Positions 1 to 12,858 of a DNA stretch of 64,000 nucleotides are shown here, piece by piece. The position numbers and the translations under genes are program-made. The DNA is from Mobula hypostoma (taxonomy: Eukaryota), in contig NC_086108.1 of NCBI RefSeq assembly GCF_963921235.1, forward strand, positions 69,194,001-69,258,000, given 5' to 3'. The first letter of the stretch is position 1; every line of letters begins with the position of its first letter. The notes beneath the pieces were generated by a model. The model had not been told where the DNA came from. It worked only from the letters and a program-made list of their open reading frames with translations, and did not search any database.

Positions 1-353
1 TCCTGTCCTCTTGAACCAGTCTGGCCATTGTCCTCTGATCTCTCTGATTAACAAGGTGTTTTGCCCACAGAACAGTCACTCACTGTATTTTTGTTCTTTT
101 GTTTTTAGCACCATTCTTTGTAAGCTCCAGAGAGTGTTGTGCATGAAAATCCCAGGAGATCAGTAGTTTCTGAAATACTCAAACCACCCTGTCATTCCAC
201 AGTCAAAGTCACTTAGATCACATTTCTCCCCCATTCTGATGTTTGGTCTGACCAGCAACTGAACCTCTTGGCCATGTCTGCGTGCTTTTATGCATTGAGT
301 TGCTGCCGCATGATTGGCTGATCAGGTGTACCATATAAAGTGGTCACTGAGTG
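1..353. mobile_element. Tc1/mariner-like non-autonomous DNA transposon, right end
   Basis: Ends caggtgtacc..aaagtggtcactgagtg followed by TA; matches the inverted left end seen at 32466. Confidence 0.7.
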
Positions 354-469
354 TATATGTACACCTATACCTGACACATGTATGCTGATATGAAAGGTGT
401 GTGTTCAGATACAAGTATAGAGTTCATAATCACAGATCAAAGGAAGTTAAGTTTGTATTTGACTCACAG

Positions 470-526
470 CTGAAAGTAATCACATCTATAATGGTCATAG
501 GAGCAACAAAGTCCAAGCTGCATTTG
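470..526 (+). CDS. Gene 1 candidate internal exon, 57 nt, phase 1-1: (A)ESNHIYNGHRSNKVQAAF
   Basis: Acceptor ttgactcacag, donor G|GTATGT, length divisible by 3, open in phase 1 like the downstream exons. Confidence 0.55.
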
Positions 527-879
527 GTATGTATGTGAAATGTCAGAATGTATATTGTAAACTTCTTGATCACCATCAAGTAAGTATCCAGAACTGAAAA
601 GGAAGGTTCTCATGATGCTACATTTCAATCCTTTAAAGCAAATATTAGCTACAAATTGAAGAAATCCAAATGTTTATTTCAAATTTCACCAACTTTCGAA
701 GTGGGATCTACTATTTAACAGCTTAAGTTAGGAGAATACATTCCAGTGCTATAATCTTCAGCCCAAAAGGACTATATATTTTGTGAAACTGGAAGAGATT
801 AAGAAGTCTGTGCATTTGATTTTCTAATTAAAAACAAGCAAAGTTAAAGTTGTGGACAAAATGTCAGTAGAAGGCCATG

Positions 880-2110
880 GGCATTGTGTACGTGGATTGT
901 GTACGTGGATTTCGTCAAAGGGACTTTGGTTCACAAGGTTAAATTGCTTGGCATTCAGGATAAAATAGTAAATTAGATTCAACATTGGTGTAACAGGAGA
1001 AGCCAGAGAATAATAGTAGGTGATTGCCTCTCTGACTGGAAACTCGTAACTAATGGTGTGCTGCAGGGATCAGTGCCAGGTCCAATATTGCTTATCATCT
1101 ATATCAGGGCTTGCAAACCGTTTTATGCCATGGACCAATAGCATCAGGCAAGGGGTCCGTGGCTTCCAAGTTGAGAACCCTTGATTTATATTAATGATTT
1201 AGATGATGAGGTGGTAAACTGCATCAGGAAATTTGAGAATGACACCAAAATTGGAGCGTAGTCGACAGTGAGTATGGCAATCAAAGCTTGCAAAGTGATC
1301 TGGACTGGCTGGAAAAACAGTCTGAAACATGGCAGATGGAATTTAATGCAGACAAGTATGAGGTGTTCACTTTGGGAGGACAAACCAGAGTAAGACTTGC
1401 ACACTGGATGGTAGGACACTGAGGTGTGTGGTGGAACAAAGGGACAGGAATTACTGATCCATAATTCCTTGAAAGTGACATCACAGGTGGTTAAGGTCAT
1501 AAGGAGAGCTTTTTGGCGCTATGGCCTTCATAACTCAGAGAACAGTACAGGAGTTGAGACGTTATGCTGAATTTGAATAGGATGCTGGTGAAGCCCAATT
1601 TGGAGTATCGTGCAGTTCTGGTCACCTACTGATGGGACAGATATCAAAAGCCCTGGAAGAGTGCAGAGAAAGTTTGCAAAGATTTTGCCAGAACTTAAGG
1701 ACCTGAGTTACAGGGATAGGTTGAATAGGTTAGATTTTATTCCCCTGAGTGCAGGAGAATGAGGGGAGATCATATAGCGGTATACAAAATTATGAGGGAT
1801 GTATGTAGGGTGAATAAATTTGATCCCCTAAAATTCCCCTTAAATATTTCACCTCTCATCTTAAACCTATGACCTCTAGTTGTAGTCTCACACCGTAGGG
1901 GAAAAAGCCTGCATCACTCAGGTGGTAGTGAGAGTGTGTAATGAATGGAAGTATGAGACACAGATTCAGTTGTAATATTTAAGAGAAATTTGGAAAATAC
2001 ATGCATGAGAGAGGAATTGAGGAATATTGTCTGGATGCAGGCAGATGGAACTATGCAAAAGACCAGGCTGCCACAGACTAGATGAGCCAAGAGCCCCGTT
2101 TCTGTGCTGG
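880..2110 (+). mobile_element. CR1 LINE, RT to 3' end, degenerate
   Basis: RT remnants (QGSV, INDLD, KFENDTK) and CR1-type 3' region; boundaries approximate. Confidence 0.85.
1105..1183. mobile_element. 79-bp hAT-type MITE nested in CR1
   Basis: Imperfect TIRs CAGGG...CCTTG; 8-bp TSD ATCTATAT / ATTTATAT. Confidence 0.7.
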
Positions 2111-2134
2111 AACTCTGTACCTCCCTCTGCAAAT

Positions 2135-3125
2135 GGATCCTTGATCTCCTCATCAGGAGGCCACAATCAGTCTAGATCAGAAACAACATCTCCTCACTGA
2201 CAAGCAACTCTGGCACACCTTAAGGATGCATGTTTAGCGCACCGCTCTCTGCTCTCTACTCTTATGACTGTATAGCTAGGCACAGCTCAAATGCCATCTA
2301 TAAATTCGTTGATGATACAACTGTTGGCAGTTTTTCAGATAGTGATGAGGAGGCAAACAGGAGTGAGAAAGATCAGCTGGTTGAGTGGAGTCACAACAGC
2401 AACCTTGCACTCAGTGTCAATAAGACCAAGGAATTGATTGAGGACTTCAGGAAGGGGAAGTATTAAGAACACATACCAATCGTTATCAACGGGTCAGCAG
2501 TGGAAAGGATGAGCAGCTTTAAGTTCCTGAGTGTCAACATGTCTGAAGATCTTTCTTAGGCTCAACATATTGATACGATTACAAAGAAAGCACACCAATG
2601 GCTATGTTTTATCAGGAGTTTAAAGAGATTTGGTATATCACCAAAGGCCAGCAAATTTCTACAAATGTACCATGGAGACCATACAGACTGGTGCATCACC
2701 ATCTGGTCTGGAGGTGATCGGCCAAGGCACAGGGGTTGGAAAAAGCTGAAGAGGGTTGTAAACTCATCCAGCTCCGTCGTGGGCACAAGCCTCCCATTGA
2801 GGACATATTCAATAGGTGATGCCTCAAGAAGGCAGCGTCCCTCACCTCCAGGACGTGCCCTCTACTCACAGAGGTACAAGAGCCTGAAAACACACACTCA
2901 TCATTTTAGGAGCAGATTCTTCCCCTGTTGTCAGATTTCTGAATGGCCAACAAACCCACAAACACTAACTTCACATTTTGCTTTTGTGTTGCATTACTTT
3001 TTTTTATATTTCTTATTGTAACGTACAGAAACTTTTTTTTATGTACTACACCATTCTGCAGCTGCAAAATGACAAATTTCACAACTTGTGTCAGTGATAA
3101 TAAACCTGGTTCTAATTCTGGTGTC
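2135..3125 (+). mobile_element. Rex1/Babar-like LINE, 3' half
   Basis: YKFVDDTTVG...NKTKELIEDFRK RT motif followed by a 3' tail. Confidence 0.85.
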
Positions 3126-3691
3126 ACCTGTTTAATATTTTCCTTTCTTTGATTTGTCAGGAGCCTTACAACAATATACAGTCCTGTATGCCTGCCAAAC
3201 TTGCGTGAATACAAATAAAACATTGGAACATTTTAATATCATCCTCACAATTCTTTTACACTGAATCGAAGTTAAACCTACCTCCATTTTTGTCTGGCTG
3301 AGAAATATTCTGATTCTTGAAATACTGTGTGTTTATATAACCATTTACATGTTGCCATAAGCGCATGTTTAAAATATTCCAATCAATTTCATCTTTATTT
3401 CTGTAAAGAACCTCTGGATTCTGCCCCATAGTCTGCCATTGATTTCAGTCATACCCCAAAATATAAAATATATTCAGAATAGAAAACAGTTGTACCTTAT
3501 TTGCACTTTCTGCTCAACGATCTGTGAAGAAAGAAAAAAAATCCAAGCTTTATTATTTAGCTGTACATGTAAAGTTGATAAATATTGATCTATTTAACGT
3601 GAAGTAAATACTTTTGATTTAAAAAGTAGTAATATGACACCAATGATGTACTTCTCATTTCTTTCCCAACTGCTGATCGAAACTGTTGCAG

Positions 3692-3769
3692 AAATTGGGA
3701 GGGTGGAAGCAATGGAAGAAGGCAGAAGAATATCTTCACCGAGCATCAATCGCCAAGACCCATATCCAG
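3692..3769 (+). CDS. Gene 1 repeat exon A, 78 nt, phase 1-1: EIGRVEAMEEGRRISSPSINRQDPYP
   Basis: Acceptor ctgttgcag after a pyrimidine-rich tract, donor CCAG|GTACTC, similar to exons at 8831 and 16405. Confidence 0.8.
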
Positions 3770-4669
3770 GTACTCTTCTGTCTTTCTGCACCTATACAAA
3801 TATTAACTTTATAACATTTATAATGTGCTTTGATAATGAGACACTTGTTCAACATTTGATTAATAATAATAGTAATATGGCTCTAAGAAGCAAACTGAAA
3901 TGTCTGCAAACACATGAAGGATTTCCAGAATTGGACATAATGAATCTTCCCAAATTTCAACATACTGCTTGGTTGACGGTTCTAGTGTTGAATAATACAC
4001 CATGTATATGCAATATATTTACTGTCCAGTTGCTAACAGGAAAAATTGATGTGCTTACTTTCTATATACATATTACAAACTCAACGTTATATGCATTATA
4101 TTAAATTGTTCACTGAAATGTACTGTATGTCAACAGAGAGTTGAAGCTACAGCTGATACTTTTTTCAGCTAGACATTATAACCCCTTAATGCAACAGTTC
4201 AAATATTGTTAAGCAGAAATGCAGTGCTGCTTAGGTTTTCAAAGGTACTAAATATTTCCAATTGCTGGTGAAAATTCTACCATATTAGTTAGCTTTGTGT
4301 TTAGGAAGGTTCTGAGAAAATTTCCATACCTGACCTATAGTGGCTCTCTTGTTGTGAAAATGAAATTATTTTTAAAAAGTATCTCAACCTCAATTTTAGC
4401 CTCAAATACAAATTATTAGTGCCCTGGACAATGTTGAAGTCAGAGGAAAAATTCAAAAAAAATCATCTGTTGAATTGCTTTCTTCTTGAACATCTACATA
4501 CAATAAACTCAATAAATGATCAGGACATTATTGAAACACTGTTTATTGCAGGTTTCTTATGAGAGCTCTTCCAGTAAGCTGGTGGAGCATGCCAATGCAA
4601 TTCCCTTTCAGGGGCCCACCAAAGGCGTTTTCTTTTCCTTTGTAAAATCTGCTTTTTCACAATTCAAAG

Positions 4670-4693
4670 ACAATTCTACTCCAAGAACTTCAG
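4670..4693 (+). CDS. Gene 1 candidate 24-nt micro-exon, phase 1-1: DNSTPRTS
   Basis: Long T/C tract ending ttcaaag; donor TCAG|GTACTG resembles the donor of exon B. Confidence 0.45.
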
Positions 4694-4714
4694 GTACTGC
4701 TGGGCTACACCACA

Positions 4715-5400
4715 GTGAGCTGTTTGTTGATTGGAGTTCCTGGATTGGTGTCGGTGGCAGAGCCAGCCGAGGTGTCAAAGGGGCCAGTCTTGACGTTGGA
4801 GAAGGAGCTGGCCAAGGTGTTGAAGGGGCAGGTCAGGATGTCAGGAAAGGAGCTGGCTTGGGTTATCGGAGGAGCTGGCCTGCCTGCAGACAGTGTTGCT
4901 GCCTGCTACTCAGAAACGTCGAAGTTGGTGGAGTATATAACCATAGGAGATCGTCTCAGACATTCCACTTGTGATCACAAGACTCTGTTGGATAGTGGGC
5001 TGTGCAGCCCTATTACCCTTGTCTGGAGAAGGGCAGATGACATGGGAGCTGGGTAGCCTCGGTTGTAGCGAGAACTAGGCCTCAAACCTCGGGCCTGCCT
5101 GCTGCTGCAGACCAGGTGAGAGACGTGGAAGCGCTACAACTGGGGCCTGGTCTCTCCCATCAGTGCTGCCCTCCTGTGTTCGAGCGGTGGAATGACAGGC
5201 TGCATTGCGTGCCAGAGGACTGTATCATCAATTGCTAGACATTGTTACACAGGGTTTTTCATTCAAGTGAATATGCTTCTTTGCTCGCTATTTTGAATGT
5301 CACTCACCATTTTGAAGTTTGCTTGCTATTTTGAATACTTCGCACCCTGGCCCCAGAAGAATGCTGTTTCGTTCAACTGTATGAACCTGATTTGATTTAG
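4715..5400 (+). mobile_element. Probable non-autonomous retroelement with GC-rich body and Rex-like 3' tail
   Basis: Tail ccctggccccagaagaatgctgtttcgtt..tgatttgattt resembles other Rex tails in the window; 5' boundary uncertain. Confidence 0.45.
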
Positions 5401-5719
5401 TATACCAAACTGAAATCAAACCTCCGTTGATTTTTCCCTGAGCTGCCTGCGGGGCTTTGCTAATGCAATAGATCTTTCAACAGAAGAGATAATAGAAGTA
5501 TTCTCTGGGAATCTCACTAGACCACTTTTGATGAAAATAAAACTAGAGTTAAAAAATCGGCACAAAGGCAAGTGAATTCAATATTAGTTAGAGCCGTAAC
5601 TAAAACACAGTTGTGTCATTTGATTGCTGGAAGTCAGTGTACCAGTGTGCATGTAACCATCAATCCAACCATGCCAAAACACCTCCTCACTAGTCAAGAA
5701 GGTACATCACATCGACACT

Positions 5720-6310
5720 TTCTGAGGACAGAGGTGTACAAGACTCCACAAATCTAATCTAAAATCTTTCTACAGGAGTACCATTGTGTGACACAGAACC
5801 TGCAAGACCCAACCAACCACAAGACCCCACAGAGGATAGTAAAAACTGTTGGGAGGATCACCATGGTCTCTCTCCCACCCCCGTCCACCCCATTTGTGAC
5901 ATTTACCAGGAGCATCGCAGATGAAGGGCCCAAAGCATTGTTGAGGATCCCTACCACCCATCCACAATCTCTTTGACCCACTACCATCAGGAAGGAGGTA
6001 CAGGAGCATCAGGACTAGGACTGCCAGACTGGGTAACAGCTTCTTTCCTCAGGCTGTGAGACTAATGAATACCCTGCCACCACCGACATCTTGTCACCAG
6101 GACAGTGAGCGGTATACTGTATTGTTTACTGTTTGCTTGTGCTGTGCACTACATGCATTTTCAGTTATATTTTATTAACTTATTTATGGTAATATTTTGG
6201 TTTACGTGCTGTGTGAGATGTATATTTTGTGGGTGCACTGTGGTTAAGAGGAAGGTTGTTTTGTTTGGCTGAATATATGTACTGTCAGATTACAATCAAC
6301 TTGAACCTGA
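5720..6310 (+). mobile_element. Rex/Babar-like LINE 3' fragment
   Basis: QRIVKTVGRIT and PSGRRYRSIRTRT motifs followed by a tail. Confidence 0.8.
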
Positions 6311-6789
6311 AACTAGAAGTCTCAAACACTGGTTCAAGAGTTCCTGAGCTGTTTTATCAATGTTAACATTTACTTTCTCTTCTGAATCTTCCTGCAGTTC
6401 TGCAACGTTGCCATTGCAAACATTCAGTTATTCCGGTCAAGAAGCTACGCATTATTAAGGCAGCTAACTCACAAATACCTTTTGAATGATACTATTCTGA
6501 ATTAAATTCAAACCCAAGTCATTCCATGCAGGCCATTGTTGATCTTGTACTTCACACAAAAGGAACAAATATGGAAGGATTTTCAATGGGTCACATTTAT
6601 AGTTATTAAAAGATATAAAGCTGCAACACACCAGTTGAAATGGGTCATCTGAACATTCAAATGGAAAGCAGCAAAAATATTTTTGGTATCACAGGATCAT
6701 GTAGTACAGGGGCGGGTCCTTCAGCTTGCGCTGTTCATGCGGACTTTTTGACCAGTCTGTACTAATCCCATTTGCCTGCGTTAGGGCTG

Positions 6790-7200
6790 TATAGAACATA
6801 GAACAGTACAGCATCATATGGACCCTTCGTTCCACGATGTTGTGCTGACCAATATAGACCTACCCCACTATTAATCTAACCCTTCTCTCCTATCCTTTCT
6901 TTTTCTTAAACTTCCCTGTGCTTATCTAAGGGTCTCTTAAATGACCCTATTGTATCAGCCTCTACCACCACCCCCGGCAGTGCGTTCAAAGTTCAAAGTA
7001 AATTTAATTATCGAAGTGCGTATATTTCACCATATACAACCCTGAGATTCATTTTCTTGTGGGCATACTCAGCAAATCTATGGAATAGTAACTATAACAG
7101 GATCAATGAAAGATCAACCAGAGTGCAGAAGACAACAAACTGTGCAAATGCAAATATAAATAAATAGCAGTAAATAACAAGAACATGAAATAATGTGATA
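6790..7200 (-). mobile_element. Adjacent CR1 3' end and Rex-like 3' tail fragments
   Basis: atagaacatagaac tail and ttcaaagttcaaagtaaattta tail, both on the minus strand. Confidence 0.65.
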
Positions 7201-8277
7201 TAATGTGGTGACCGGAACTTCATGTGGCCTATCTGGTGCTTTGTAAGGTAAAACATGATAACGTGTGAGAAGCAATCGAACTAAATTTGGATACTTCTAT
7301 GTGGCCATCTTAGTGGGTTTTCTTATCTTAGCAGCAAAAAAAAAGTGCATGTTTTTTTTTGTGTTGTGCATGCACTGAGCTGATTAACTGGGCTTTCAAT
7401 GCAGGGTATATGTATGCTGACCTGGGAGAAGATGCTGACTTTGGTTCACCTATATACCCAGTGAATTTGGCTGATTTTGTGCACAGCTGGTATTTTTCTG
7501 GTGCCTTGATGTGCTTCTAATTGGTGGTCCAAATCTCAGATCATTGTGGCTCGGTAAACCACGAGTCAGTGACATTGGGTGGCCGTTTTGTTTGTACATC
7601 TGACGATAAGCTCTCCTTCTGTGGTCTTTTCTGGGAGGTGATTATCATGAAGACAAAGAAAAAGATTGAAGGATTTGTACAAAGTTTCCTTGATGTACAA
7701 TATTCCTACTAACCTTTGGGAATGTCTCATCTGTGAATGGTCAAAGTGAAGAAAATACATTTGGGATGGTATTCGGAACTTTGAGGTGATGCATTGAAAA
7801 CACACAGATCTTTGCCAATAGCAGAAGGAGCAGATTTTCTCACAAATTATGCACTCACGCATTCTACTACCTGTTACCTGCACTAAGTGTAGAAGAAACT
7901 GTGGTTCCCACATTAGCCACTAATGGAAGGTAGAGACACATCAAGTTTATATGTCATCTGAGCATTCATAATTTATTCCACTAATTGTCATGCTTATTTC
8001 AAGTTGCATTAATCCCAGAAACATACCACTGAAAAAGCACATTAAGCATCCTGCAAGCCAACCAGTTAAAAGCACAGGATATTTAAAATATATTAAAAAG
8101 TGCAGTGAGTAAGTTACACTTTATGCTCAAAGATTTATGTATGAACAATTTAAAAATCTCACTCCTGTACTCATTTGCATGTCATATAAATCTGACAATT
8201 ATTAATATGTTTAATATGAAACTAAGTAAATATTTGAACAAATGAAGATTACACCAGTGTATATTTATCTTATTCAG

Positions 8278-8373
8278 TTGCTAATCAAAGCTCAGTTATG
8301 GAAAATGAATATACTGAAGTTGCAGAAAAAAAGGAAAAACCTTCAAGGACCAGAAGCCGAAGTCCATGTTCAG
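8278..8373 (+). CDS. Gene 1 repeat exon B, 96 nt, phase 1-1: VANQSSVMENEYTEVAEKKEKPSRTRSRSPCS
   Basis: Acceptor tcttattcag, donor TCAG|GTACTC, open frame, similar to exon D. Confidence 0.8.
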
Positions 8374-8389
8374 GTACTCCTATGTTACT

Positions 8390-8825
8390 AAAGTGCTGCT
8401 CGGACTAGAGGACATTTCTTATGAAGGTGGTTGAATGAGCTAAGGTTTTTCTCCTTGGGGCGAAAGAGGATGAGAGGTGACTTGATAGAAGAGTACGAGA
8501 TGATAAGAAGCTTAAATTGAGTGGGCGGCTGGAGACATTTTCCCAGGGTGGAAATGGCTAATACAAAGAGGGATAATTTTAAGGTGATTGGAATAAAGTA
8601 TTGGGGTATATCAGAGTTAAGTTCTTTGCACTGAGAGTGGAATGGACAGGTACATTATGGGCATTTTAGAAACTCTTAGATAGGCGTGTTGTTGATAGAA
8701 AAATGGAGAGCTATGTCAGAGGGAAGAGTTAGATTGACTTTAAGAGTAAGTTACCAGGTCGGCACAATATTGTGGACTAAAGGGCCTGTACTGTGATGTC
8801 TGATGTTCTATATTCTATGTTCTAA
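8390..8825 (+). mobile_element. CR1 3' fragment filling the intron between exons B and C
   Basis: RRMRGDLIE motif and ttctatgttcta tail. Confidence 0.8.
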
Positions 8826-8830
8826 AATAG

Positions 8831-8881
8831 CAGAGGTGGAAAGAATATCTACTAGCACCAGAAGCCAATGTCCATATCCAG
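8831..8881 (+). CDS. Gene 1 repeat exon C, 51 nt, phase 1-1: AEVERISTSTRSQCPYP
   Basis: Ends ccatatccag|GTACTT like exon A; acceptor TAG/CAG (NAGNAG) directly follows a CR1 tail. Confidence 0.6.
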
Positions 8882-9236
8882 GTACTTCTCTGCTTCACTC
8901 TATACCCACATATGCGTTAATAAAATTGTAAGTTTTGTGTACTGGCATTCGATACCTGCTCAACAGTTAGTCCATTATAAAATTTTGTTGCGTAAATATG
9001 TTCAAAGATATGATGCATATCCAAGGCTTCAGCACAATGGCTGTTACAGATACATGAACATCCATGTGAAAGCAATGGCAATATAACATGAAAATGAATG
9101 AGGAGTGACCTGGAAGATCTGCAAAGCATGCTCCTTAATGGGCAAATCAGTGAGCTTTCATATATGCAATTCAGCCCTAGCAATAGGTATTTTATTTCTT
9201 ATGAACTGTGTAACTGTGTTACATGTGTAATAACTT

Positions 9237-10215
9237 ATCCACTACTGATATCAGGCTCACTGGCCTATAATTTCCGGAGCTTATTCTTAGAGCTCTTTTG
9301 AAGCAACAGAACCACATTGGCTATCATCCAGTCCTCTGGCATCTCACTCATCGATAAGGACATTTTAAATATCCAAAGCCTCTCGCCTCTTCTGCACTTG
9401 CCTTCCTCAGGGTCCGAAGCAACACCTTGACAGGACTTGGGGATTTATCCGTCCTAATTTGCCTCAAGACAGCAAATACCTCCTCCTCTGTAATCTGTAT
9501 CAGGTCCATGACCTCACTGCTGCTTTGCCTCACTTCTATTGACTCTGTGTCCATCTTGTGAGTAATTACAGATGCAAAAAAAATCCATTGAAGATCTCAC
9601 CCGTCTCATTCAGCTCCATGCATAGATAACCACTCTGATTTTCCAGAGGAACAATTTTGTCCATTGATACCCTTTTGCTCTTAATATCTCTATAGAAGCC
9701 TTTGGGATTCTCCTTCACCTGTCTGCTAGGCCAACCTCATGCCTCCTTTTAGACCTCCTGATTTTCTTCTTAAGCATTCTCTTACATTTCTTATACTCCG
9801 CAAGTATCTCAGTTGTTCCTTCCTGCATATATCTGCTATGCACTTCCTCCTTAACCAGGGCCTCGATATCTCTCAAAAAACAAGGTTCCCTACACCTGTT
9901 TTCCTTGTCTTTTATTTTGACAGGAACATACAAACAGTGTTCTCTCAAATTTTCACTTTTGAAGGCTTCCCACTTACCAAATACATTATTGCCAGAAAAC
10001 AACCTGTCCCAATCCATAGTTGCCAGATCCTTTCTGATACCATCAAAACTGACCTTTCTCGAATTTGGAATCTGAACCCAAGGACCAGACCTATCCGTCT
10101 CCATAGTTATCATGAAACTAATAGCATCATGATCACGAGGTGCAAAGCATTCATCCGCACAAACTTCTGTCACGTACCCTGTCTCGTTCCTTAATAGGAG
10201 ATCCAGTATCACACT
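9237..10215 (-). mobile_element. CR1 ORF2 fragment (end of endonuclease to start of RT)
   Basis: LDLLL, DHDAISF and DKSPSP motifs in ORFs 9715-10212 and 9348-9554. Confidence 0.85.
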
Positions 10216-10239
10216 CTATGTATTGATTAAGGAAACTTA

Positions 10240-12700
10240 AGAAATAAAATGGACGATCTTGAAAGTCAGCTACAGATTGGCAAGTATGACGTTGTGGCCA
10301 TCTCTGAAACTTGGCTAGAAGATGGCTGCCATTGGGAGCTGAACGTCCAAGGATATATGGTGTATCGGAAAGATAGGTTAGTAGGCAGAGGGGGTGGTTT
10401 GGCCCTGTGTATAAGAAAAAATATTAAATCGTTAGAAAGGGATGACATAGGACTGAAAGGGTTGAGTTAAAAATGGTATGGGTAAAAAGACCCTAATGAC
10501 AGTTGTATACAGGCCTCCAAGCAGCAGCTGAGATGTGGATTACAAATTACAGCAGGAGATAGAAAAGGTGTGTCAGAAGGGTAATGCTAAGATAATCATT
10601 GGGGATTTTAACATGAAAGTGTCTTGGGAAAACAGGCCAGTACTGAACCCCAGGAGAGAGAATTTGTAGAATGTCTAAGAGATGGCTTTTTAGTACAACT
10701 TGTTGTTGAGCCAGGGGATCAAGGCTGTGCTGGATTGGGTGTTGTGCCATGATCAGGTGGTGATAAGAGAGCTTAAGGCTAAGGAACCCTTAGGGAACAG
10801 TGATCACAATATGATCGAGTTCACTTTGAAATTTGAGAAGGAGAAACTAAATTCCAATGTGTCGATATTTCAGTGCAATAAAGGAAATTACAATGGCATG
10901 AGAAGGGAACTGGCCAAGGTTGACTGGAAATGGACACCAGCAGGAAGGACAGCAGAGCAGCAGTGGCTGGAGTTCCTGCGAAAAATGAAAAAGTGCAAGA
11001 CAGATATATTCCAAATAAGAAGAAATTTTCAAAGGGAAGAAGAACACTACCGTGGCTGACAAGTGAAGTCGGAGCCAAAGTAAAAGTAAAAGAGAGGGCA
11101 TACAAGGAAGCCAAAGTTAGCAGGAAGATAGAGGTTTGGGAAGTTTTTTAAAACTTGCAGAAGGCAACTAAGAAGGTCATTAGGAAGGAAATGATGAATT
11201 GTGGAAGGAAGCTGACGACTAATATCGAAGAAGATACTAAAACCTTTTTTAAGTATATAAAGGGTAAAAGAGAGTTGAGGGCAGATATAGGATCAATACA
11301 AAATGATGCTGGAGATATTGTAATGAGAGATGCAGAGATTGCAGAGGAACTGAATGCGTATTCTACACAGTGGAAGACACCTGCAGTATATTGGACATGC
11401 AAGAGTGTCAAGGTAGTGAAGTTTGTGCAGTGAAAATTACAACTGAGAAGGTGCTCAGGAAGCTTAAAGGTCTGAGGGTGGATAAATCTCCTGGACCTGA
11501 TGGAATGCACCCTTGGGTTCTGAAGGAAGTAGCTGGAGAAATTGCAGAGGCATTAACAATGATCTTTCAAGAATCGATAGATTCTGGCATTGTACCGGAT
11601 GACTGGAAAAATGCAAATATTACTCCACTATTTAAGAAGGGTGGGAGGCAGCAAAAAGAAAACTATAGACCTGTTAGCCTGACATCAGTGGTTGGGAAGT
11701 TGTTGGAATTGACTGTTGGGGATGAGATTACGAAGTACCTGGAGGCACATGACAAGATAGGCCAAAGCCAGCATGGTTTCCTGAAAGGAAAATCCTGCCT
11801 GACTAACCTACTCCAATTTTTTGGGGAAATTACAAGCAGAGTGAACAAAGTAGATGTGGTGTACTTGGATTTTCAGAAGGCCTTTGACAAGGTGCTGTAC
11901 ATGAGGCTGCTTAGCAAGATAAGAGTCCGTGGAATTACAGGGAAGTTACTAGCATGGGTGAAGCATTGGCTGGTCGGCAGAAAACAGAGAATGGGAATTC
12001 TGGCTGGCTGCCAGTTACCAGTGAAGTTCCACAGGGGTCAGTGTTGGGACTGCTACTTTTGATGATGCATGTCAATAATTTGGACGATGGGATTAACAGA
12101 TTTGTGGCTAAATTTGCCGATGATACAAAGAGGTGGAGGAGTGGGTAGTGTTGAGGAAACAGAGAGCCTGCAGAAAGACTTAGATAGTTTGGGGAGAATG
12201 GGCAAAGAAGTTGCAAATGAAATACAATGTTGGAAAGTGTATGGTCATGCACTTCAGTGGAAGAAATAAATGGGCAGACTGTTATTTAGATGGGGTGAAA
12301 GTTCAAAATGCAGAGATGCAAAGGGACTTGGGAGTCATAGAAATATTCTGAATGTTAAAAAGCCTGAACAGATTAGATATGTCAGTTATTTCCCATGGTA
12401 GGGGAGTCTAGGGCTAGAGGGCACTACTTCAGAATTGAAGGACATCCATTTAGAGCAGAAATGTGGAGAAATTTCCTTAGTCAGAGGGTGGCAAATCTGT
12501 GGAATTTGTTGCCACGAGTGGCTGTGGAGACCAAATCACTGGGTGCATTTAAGGCAGAGATAGATAGGTTATTGATTAGCCAGGGCATCAAAGGGTATGG
12601 GGAGAAGGCAGGGGAGTTGGGATGACTGGAAGGATTGGATCAGCCCATGATTGAATGGCGGAGTGGACTCGATGGGCCCAATGCTCCTATATCTTATAGT
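10240..12700 (+). mobile_element. CR1 LINE ORF2 (APE endonuclease + RT) and 3' UTR, frameshifted
   Basis: YDVVAISETWL, SDHNMI, KSPGPDG, NYRPVSLTS, YLDFQKAFDKV, PQGSVLG, KFADDTK. Confidence 0.95.
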
Positions 12701-12858
12701 CTAACTTTCCTGAACACATTTCATAAATCTGGAACTTAAACTCTATATTAATTTGCACATACAGTAGATTATCTATATATTTCATGCACAGTAAAATTAA
12801 ATATTTAATTCTAACTTTCATTCTTTTATGTAAAGCTGTAATTGTATTTCCTATCCAG

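Noticed and set aside
4516..5056. Overlapping 152-aa and 113-aa ORFs with GAGQ repeats
   Set aside because: Mostly lie in a GC-rich repeat-like element; only the 24-nt micro-exon fits the gene's phase.
7204..7912. Possible LTR (TGTGG...CCACA)
   Set aside because: No matching TSD or other LTR hallmarks found.
11370..12062. 230-aa RT ORF as a functional gene or retron-like system
   Set aside because: Frameshifted fragment of an ordinary CR1 ORF2.
9237..12700. Divergent CR1 pair as one twin-primed insertion
   Set aside because: Both halves cover the same EN-RT region and look like different subfamilies, so they are independent insertions.
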